Assembly (NCBI GenBank): GCA_963675785.1
Contig: OY776562.1
Coordinates: forward strand, 2,432,001-2,496,000
Origin: Anaerolineae bacterium
GTDB taxonomy: Bacteria; Chloroflexota; Anaerolineae; UBA1429
Reading direction: 5' to 3'
DNA: 64,000 nt
Positions within the stretch are counted from its first letter, which is position 1. Each line of letters starts with the position of its first letter. The position numbers and the translations under genes were made by a program. Below the pieces are notes generated by a model that was not told the origin of the DNA, did no database searches, and worked only from the letters and a program-made list of their open reading frames with translations. Below are positions 58,167 through 64,000 of this stretch, in pieces.

Positions 58167-61100
58167 GCGGCAGATAGGTCACATAAACTGTATCAGCCAT
58201 GTTGCCGGCCAGATCAGCAATGCGGAAACGAACCATGCCACTGGTTCCTGTAGGTGCTTGCAGGGTTACTGTAGCTGTTGTTCCCTCGTCCACATCCAAG
58301 GACAGTGCATTCCATGACGACCATGTTTTCCCCCCATTACTAGAGGTACACCACATCGCCGTACTTGGATCCAATCCAGAGACCGTATCACGAACGATAG
58401 CAGAGGTAGTTCCCTTGCTCACCCAGGTTGGCTCAGTAAGATCAAGACCCACGGTCAAAGTAGATTCGACCGCATTACCCGCCTTGTCAGATAGACGCAC
58501 CAAAACGGTCTGTTCGCCCTCAATTGCCTCCAAAGCCCACCCCACCGAAGAACTCACCGGCAGCTTTTCACCATAGACTGTCACGCGATCCATGGCCAGA
58601 GTGCCCAAAGCATAATACAGCACCCGGAACTCTAGGCCACCAACCGTCATGCCCGCATCAGGCACAGACGAAGAGAGATAATCAAAGACGACAAGTACAT
58701 CCTCGTAATCTTCGGAGGCAAAATCAGCGCTGGCGATGTCTCGGGAAGCATAGATGCGCAGCCCGTTGGAATCCGAGACGTCGATTTGAGCCAGGTTCAC
58801 ATCCTCGTCGGGCAGGCCTCTTAGGCGGAAATAAGCATCATAGGTACGATAAGCTGGCAGACCAAAGGTGTAGGGGCCATACCAATAGCCATACGAAGCA
58901 TCCGCAGCCAACCAGGTGCTATCATTGATAGCCAAAGTATCTGTGGCAACACTGCCAGTATCAGGCTGATGCGAGAGCTCTTCACCCTCCCAGAACCAGT
59001 CGTTGCTAAACTGGACATAGTTCGCCCCGGAGCTGTCCACCGCAAAGTATGTATAGATGCTGTTTGTCCAGGCTGGCGCCGTCACAGTGCCCGTAGGCGC
59101 CGTATTGTCTACATAGAGCGTCAGGCTTTGCTGGGCTGAGCCACCATCGTTCGTAGCGGAAATGACGACCGTATGTTTGCCGTCGACATAGCCGGCAGTG
59201 TTCCATCGGAGGATATAAGGCGAGATAGTGGTTGCATCTACCTGAACACCATCCACGCGCAGAACTGCACTATTGATGGGTACGTTAGCCGACACGGTAA
59301 CGCGCTGCACAGATGCGACATATGCCCCATTGGTCAATCCTTCTACAGTAATACGTGGGGGGATGAGCGAAAAGCGGCCAAGTGCTGTGCTGCGAATCGT
59401 ACTCATGATGGACAGAATCTGCGCACCGGGGCAACTAACATTCTCCCAGCCACTGTGGGCCGAAACCACCGGATAGCTACTGCCGCCATAGCTAAAATAA
59501 CCCGTTGGATTTAGCTCATACTCGACCGAGTCCTGGGCAATGAGGTCTTCCAGACTATCCACCATAGCTGATGAGGGCGCACTGCTGGCATAATCGCCCA
59601 GCAGCAGGATGCCAACGGCAGAATCATTGGCCTCGTCCAGATGCGTGCCAGCCACGCTGGCGCCACCATCGCGGGCCTCGTAAACATTGCCCAGCGCATC
59701 CATAGCATAATTGCAGGCCAATCCGCCCATGTTCAGACTGATGGACTGCATATACTCGATGCAACGCAATGCCGCGGTGGGGTCAAGGCCATTGAGTGAA
59801 GCCGTATCGTGCAGCACAAAGGCCTGCGGATCAGCACTGTCCGAGATGCTAACCAGCGAAGCATCCGCTCCCCAGCTCTCGCGTGATAACACCGGCACGA
59901 GCTGATACTCGGTCAGGTCCCCTTGCCCCACCAACGATGCTGCTGTTGGGCCATCGGAGCCATTCAGACAGAGTAGGCGCACATATTCGAAAATCGGGGA
60001 TTCACCACTCGAATTGGCAGTAAACTGCACGCGGTACTGCACCGCCGTCGATTCACCAAAGATAGGCTCCGACCAAACGGAACGACCATCAGGGGCGTCG
60101 TCCGCCTGACCCATCTGCACCCAATCACGCCATGTTCCATTGGCAGCACGCGTGGATACAGAAAGAGTCAATGTTGCCCCTGTCGGCACGATACCATACC
60201 AGTTGACATACACCGTCTGAAAGCCACCGGATATCTCACTGATAGCCGAGGTAAAGGTACCGGAGGTCTGGCCAGAAGACAGAATAACTCCTCCATCGGT
60301 ATCACCAGTGGTGTAACTCATTACAGTATCGTCTTCGCTCCACCCATAGAGCGACAAGAAATTATTGGAATGGATGATATCTTCGACCAACACGCCTGTA
60401 TCAATGCTCGGCGTGCCCGTGTTGGATACGGCCACCGTTTGGAACGAGCCATCCCTAGGCCAGCGAGCCACATTGCCATCGCCATCATCAAAGTAGAATT
60501 GGTAGGCCTGAGTTCCGGCAGGAAGGTTGGTTTGCAGCACATAGGTATAGGGCTCGGTACCATCGCCAACGCGCTGCATCGCTTCGGCGCGCAACTCGCC
60601 GCCCTGCTGGAACAGCACAATGGCCACAGCCGGTGCACCCGTCAGCACCTGATTATAAGTAGCCTGAAAAGTAAACACCGTGCCCTTGTCACCACTGGAG
60701 GGGGTTACCGAAGCAGAAGGCACATCCGAAGGAACGGGCACATAGATTTCGACGCCGGTGTAATAGTGTTTGAGAATTTGGTCAAAGGTCCAACCTTGCA
60801 GAGCATAAGCCCTGGCGCCCACCTGGCACAGGCCGACGCCATGGCCATAGTAATAGTCATAGCCGCAGATGCATTCGACGCTACGCAGATAGGGAACATA
60901 ACTGCTCCAAACATCCTCGACATTCTGCGTATGGCCGTTGCAATGGCCATGGAAAAAAGCATAGATGACCTCGCCATTGTAACGAGCTACAACCCCCGCA
61001 GTCGCGGCTACAGCGCGATCGCTGCTATCATAAGTCGTTGCCTTCCAAACCTGGCAATGGGTGGTGGTGCAAACGTCGGCATTTGCCTCATCGTGCCGAT

Positions 61101-61728
61101 GAGCCGTAGCAGCATAGCAGCGGGCTGCCACAGCCTGAGCCTTGAGCGCCTCCATGGGCCAATAGGGCGACATCTCTGCCCAAACCACGCCGCGCAGATA
61201 CTCTTCCATGGCCATCTCTACCACCGAGCCGTCTTCCATGAGCACACGAATGGTCTTGGGGCTCTCGTAGACGGCCTGCGTGGTAACAGCCAGCGTCTCC
61301 AGCTCGTGTTCCAGGTCTTCTTCGCTCTGAATACCCGTATCCGATACCAGTTTTTCATCGATGATGGCTGCCTGCTCCTCGGTCGGATCGGCAATCACCA
61401 TCTCGAAATCCACACGCGCACGGCCCATATCCAGTTGGCGATAGAGCTGGGTCATGCCGATATAACCAGGCAGAGAAGCATAGAGATCATAATTGCCAGC
61501 AGGCAAGGTCAACACGTAATTGCCAGCCACATCGGTCTCGACGGTAGTATCCCCAACGGAAACATGCACGCCAGGCAAGGGTTCGCCGGTGACCAGATCG
61601 GTGATGGTGCCCACAAAGGCCGTATCATCCGATAGTTGTGCGGCGAACAGCAGAGGGCCGGAAGTGAGGATGAGCAGCGAAATCATTAACGAAGAAAGCA
61701 GGATCCGTAACGGATGTGACATTTTCAT
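58150..61728 (-). CDS. Secreted multidomain peptidoglycan hydrolase: SpoIID/LytB, amidase_2 (PGRP-like) and Ig-like domains
   Basis: Signal peptide; EEYLRGVV.AEM, EALKAQAVAAR, GHGVGLCQ.GA, ILKHYY (SpoIID); SRESWGA, VLHDT, GNVYEAR, SAH...SCPG (amidase_2); DNTAP Ig-like module; C-terminal YLPL. Confidence 0.85.
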   Translation of the reverse strand: MKMSHPLRILLSSLMISLLILTSGPLLFAAQLSDDTAFVGTITDLVTGEPLPGVHVSVGDTTVETDVAGNYVLTLPAGNYDLYASLPGYIGMTQLYRQLDMGRARVDFEMVIADPTEEQAAIIDEKLVSDTGIQSEEDLEHELETLAVTTQAVYESPKTIRVLMEDGSVVEMAMEEYLRGVVWAEMSPYWPMEALKAQAVAARCYAATAHRHDEANADVCTTTHCQVWKATTYDSSDRAVAATAGVVARYNGEVIYAFFHGHCNGHTQNVEDVWSSYVPYLRSVECICGYDYYYGHGVGLCQVGARAYALQGWTFDQILKHYYTGVEIYVPVPSDVPSASVTPSSGDKGTVFTFQATYNQVLTGAPAVAIVLFQQGGELRAEAMQRVGDGTEPYTYVLQTNLPAGTQAYQFYFDDGDGNVARWPRDGSFQTVAVSNTGTPSIDTGVLVEDIIHSNNFLSLYGWSEDDTVMSYTTGDTDGGVILSSGQTSGTFTSAISEISGGFQTVYVNWYGIVPTGATLTLSVSTRAANGTWRDWVQMGQADDAPDGRSVWSEPIFGESTAVQYRVQFTANSSGESPIFEYVRLLCLNGSDGPTAASLVGQGDLTEYQLVPVLSRESWGADASLVSISDSADPQAFVLHDTASLNGLDPTAALRCIEYMQSISLNMGGLACNYAMDALGNVYEARDGGASVAGTHLDEANDSAVGILLLGDYASSAPSSAMVDSLEDLIAQDSVEYELNPTGYFSYGGSSYPVVSAHSGWENVSCPGAQILSIMSTIRSTALGRFSLIPPRITVEGLTNGAYVASVQRVTVSANVPINSAVLRVDGVQVDATTISPYILRWNTAGYVDGKHTVVISATNDGGSAQQSLTLYVDNTAPTGTVTAPAWTNSIYTYFAVDSSGANYVQFSNDWFWEGEELSHQPDTGSVATDTLAINDSTWLAADASYGYWYGPYTFGLPAYRTYDAYFRLRGLPDEDVNLAQIDVSDSNGLRIYASRDIASADFASEDYEDVLVVFDYLSSSVPDAGMTVGGLEFRVLYYALGTLAMDRVTVYGEKLPVSSSVGWALEAIEGEQTVLVRLSDKAGNAVESTLTVGLDLTEPTWVSKGTTSAIVRDTVSGLDPSTAMWCTSSNGGKTWSSWNALSLDVDEGTTATVTLQAPTGTSGMVRFRIADLAGNMADTVYVTYLPLSYHQ

Positions 61729-61730
61729 CC

Positions 61731-62429
61731 CTATCCTGTTTTAGCAGACGCGAAATGGTGAGCCCAACGTGTGGGCTCTGGCAGGCGATAGCGGGTGCTG
61801 CAGCCAAGTACCAGTTCTATAGACGAAGGCAGCGACATCTTGTTCCCGATGGAGACATACACGGGGCGAACCCGCGTGCGAGTGCGCAGCACAGCGCCGA
61901 TCGTCTCCTCGCCATCGAACAGCAGCGCATAGCTGCCTTTGGATTCAGCCGGCTCCTCATGGGTGCCGGTCAAGCGCGACTTGGCGCAGCCGATAGAACG
62001 TACATCCAGCAACACGCCCAAATGAGCCGCCAACCCCATGCGCCGCGGATGGGCAATGCCCTGGCCATCGAACATGAGTACGTCGGGGGCCGCATCCAGT
62101 TCGCCAAGAGCGGCCAACACCGCCGGCGCCTCGCGATAGGTCAACAAGCCGGGCACATAGGGGTAACTCAAAGGGCGCTCTGCGGTAGCAACTTGCAACT
62201 GCGCGAGCTCGGGGTAAGAGAAAACGACGACCGCAGCGTGCATGGTCTCTTTGTTGCGAATACCCACATCTATGCCGGCAATGGTGTGCACCGGCTCACC
62301 CGTATCCTCACGGACAAGCCGCTCGGCCAGCGCCGACTGCGCCTGAATAGCCTCGTGTGGCGTCAAAGTCCAGTTTTCGGGAACGGCGGCCTGTGCCAGA
62401 CGTTGTTGCCAATCATCTATCGAGATCAC
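61731..62429 (-). CDS. nfi: Endonuclease V
   Basis: AGIDVG, PYVPGLL.YRE, DGQG.AHPRRMGLA.H, GCAK, YRLPEPTR.AH. Confidence 0.96.
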   Translation of the reverse strand: MISIDDWQQRLAQAAVPENWTLTPHEAIQAQSALAERLVREDTGEPVHTIAGIDVGIRNKETMHAAVVVFSYPELAQLQVATAERPLSYPYVPGLLTYREAPAVLAALGELDAAPDVLMFDGQGIAHPRRMGLAAHLGVLLDVRSIGCAKSRLTGTHEEPAESKGSYALLFDGEETIGAVLRTRTRVRPVYVSIGNKMSLPSSIELVLGCSTRYRLPEPTRWAHHFASAKTG

Positions 62430-62731
62430 GAAAGAACGACCACCGAGTTCACGCCCCCGAAAGGATTCGGAGCATATTCATCGGCGTGCCAGTCGTTGAT
62501 CCAAGTCTCGCCATCTACGAGGTAGCGAAACTCGATCCGCCGCCCTTTTTTCAAGTGAACCTTGATCTGCCAGGTTTGCGTTCTCTCATCAAACAACATG
62601 GGCGTAGAGCCTTTGTCCCAGTTATTCATATCGCCAACCAGGTGAGCCGAACGTGCCTGCACATCGGGCGGCAGTACAAACGTCACAGATACCGATTCAC
62701 TGGAAGCATTATCTTCTCTGATAATCATCAC
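62426..62731 (-). CDS. Isoamylase early-set/CBM48-like glycogen-binding domain protein
   Basis: VTF.LP, LVGD.NNW, FRYLVDG..W.ND..AD, PNPFGG.NSV. Confidence 0.88.
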   Translation of the reverse strand: MMIIREDNASSESVSVTFVLPPDVQARSAHLVGDMNNWDKGSTPMLFDERTQTWQIKVHLKKGRRIEFRYLVDGETWINDWHADEYAPNPFGGVNSVVVLS

Positions 62732-62817
62732 TCACCAGCTTTATTCATAGAACAAACACATTCTAGCCTTGCTGCACTTGGCAAACAAGACCTGGGGGTA
62801 AAAAGCACGTGGGTAAT

Positions 62818-62858
62818 GCACGGGTTGCCACAACGTTTTGGCTGTCAGCAACCCGTGC
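62818..62858. terminator. Inverted repeat after the URO-D-family gene (possible terminator or stabiliser)
   Basis: GCACGGGTTGC...GCAACCCGTGC, perfect 11-bp arms 13 nt past the stop; no adjacent U-tract. Confidence 0.5.
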
Positions 62859-62871
62859 GATACATCAAAGA

Positions 62872-63939
62872 TCAGCGACCGCGAACGATCTCTTCCAGCG
62901 CGTACAGCTCTGCCAGCGTGTTGGCTGTCTTGTAAACACCCTCATAGGCCTGGCCGGGCGCTGTGCCGCGAGCTGCCGCGAAAAAGGCATCCAGGTTGGC
63001 CAAGGGTACATCGGGCGGCAAGTCGCAGCCCGTACTGTAGATGAAATTGGGATAAGGCTTCATAGCCTCGATGAGTTCGACGCCAGCCTTGTAAACCCCA
63101 TTTGGTGTCTCTTGCTTCATCACCGCCACCGGGTCCAGATTGCCAATCAGCACCACATCACTGGGCACCGTCTTAGCCACCTCGGGAAAGTTGACCATGG
63201 AATCCAGGCTCAACCCCTGAGCGCCCGTCTCGCACATCACTGGCAAGAGCTTGGTGGTCTGCCCGCAAATGTGCAGAATAGGCAGGGCCTTCATCTCGGC
63301 GATGATCTCGGCCACATACTGGCCGGAGAACTTGGTGTAATCACGCGGCGAAAGCAGGCCGCCAGTGGGCTCCAAGATAGCGATGGTATCGGCACCGGCC
63401 GCATCCAAAGCCGCTACGTACTCTTTAATGACCTCGGTGCAGTAGCGCAAGATGGCATGAAGATCATCGGGGGCCATCACCGTGGCCATAGCCGCCTCAG
63501 AGGCGCCCATGAGCAATCCGGCAAGAGAAAACGGCCCCACCACATAACCGCCACATACCGTATTCAGATGTCGCTTCATCAGGCGCATGGTCTGAATGTA
63601 GACCATAGCGCGGCCATCGGCGGTAATATCACCCTTGGTAAGCTGCGCAAGGTCGGCCGCGGTTTTCACCGGGTGCTCTTCGACCGAAGGCGACTCATCA
63701 CGCGGAAAACGCACCTGCAGGCCCAGCGCGTTGGCTTCTACCGAGAGGTCCATGAAAAAGAACAAGCCGTCGGGCTGGAATCGCGTTTGCAAAGCCAGCA
63801 ACGAGGAAAACTGCGAGACCCAGTTGAACGTGTTCTCGCGCAGACTGGTATCACTGAGCTGGATGCCGGGAAACCCCATGAGGGGTACGGTCATCACACC
63901 ATCGTGAGCCTTGACCACATCTATCAAACGTTCCGCCAT
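62872..63939 (-). CDS. Uroporphyrinogen decarboxylase superfamily protein, MtaA/CmuA-like methyltransferase type
   Basis: DLSVEANALG, GPFSLA, ILHICG, GNLDP, STGCDLP; lacks the HemE WxMRQAGR motif. Confidence 0.8.
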   Translation of the reverse strand: MAERLIDVVKAHDGVMTVPLMGFPGIQLSDTSLRENTFNWVSQFSSLLALQTRFQPDGLFFFMDLSVEANALGLQVRFPRDESPSVEEHPVKTAADLAQLTKGDITADGRAMVYIQTMRLMKRHLNTVCGGYVVGPFSLAGLLMGASEAAMATVMAPDDLHAILRYCTEVIKEYVAALDAAGADTIAILEPTGGLLSPRDYTKFSGQYVAEIIAEMKALPILHICGQTTKLLPVMCETGAQGLSLDSMVNFPEVAKTVPSDVVLIGNLDPVAVMKQETPNGVYKAGVELIEAMKPYPNFIYSTGCDLPPDVPLANLDAFFAAARGTAPGQAYEGVYKTANTLAELYALEEIVRGR

Positions 63940-64000
63940 GCGCGCAACCCCCTGTTTCGCGTCTATCCAAGCGGTGCTGCCCACCCCACTGCGGACAACA

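Noticed and set aside
60370-62525. Long plus-strand ORFs (421 aa and 269 aa)
   Set aside because: Antisense to the SpoIID-amidase and nfi genes, with no recognisable motifs; typical shadow ORFs.
62749-62764. AGAAC-N6-ATTCT upstream of the nfi operon as a LexA box
   Set aside because: The spacing is 6 rather than 4 and the right half-site is mismatched.
1-64000. CRISPR arrays, IS elements, prophage, rRNA and defence systems
   Set aside because: No regularly spaced repeats, transposase, integrase, phage or rRNA signatures were seen; almost all of the sequence is explained by the listed genes.

Overview
A gene-dense, mostly housekeeping bacterial window with most genes on the minus strand. It most resembles Chloroflexota/Anaerolineae (inferred from protein style and a C-terminal YLPL motif). 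Left to right: partial miaB, uvrA-uvrB with a likely SOS box, an SDR epimerase, DUF211-trmI, nitroreductase, a GH3 glycosidase and MFS-acyltransferase. Next is an AT-richer accessory block (GT2-GtrA, phosphodiester glycosidase, VOC, EamA), then tRNA-Gln(CTG), gltX and mreBCD-mrdA-minCD-rodA (no minE). A surface-glycan operon follows (degenerate GH fused to an O-antigen-ligase domain, UDP-GlcA decarboxylase, a second ligase, GtrA, GT4). Then a long minus-strand run: hpt, rlmI, tilS, fhs-folD-fchA, recR, ebfC, dnaX, tsaC, HAD, prmC, prfA, parBA, pfkB, jag, yidC, a beta-propeller lipoprotein, yidD, rnpA and rpmH. The right end holds a glucuronokinase-like/GalU-like/epimerase operon, tandem tatA, yraN-miaA-FecR/LysM, a SpoIID-amidase fusion, nfi, a CBM48-like protein and an MtaA-like protein. 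No transposase, integrase, CRISPR array or rRNA was seen. Best candidates for undescribed biology, all unverified: the glucuronokinase-like operon, the dead-GH/ligase fusion, the beta-propeller inside the yidD-yidC operon, a possible UAG-readthrough control element before prfA, the GT2-GtrA/phosphodiester-glycosidase cassette and the SpoIID-amidase fusion. Start codons were adjusted by eye from RBS context.
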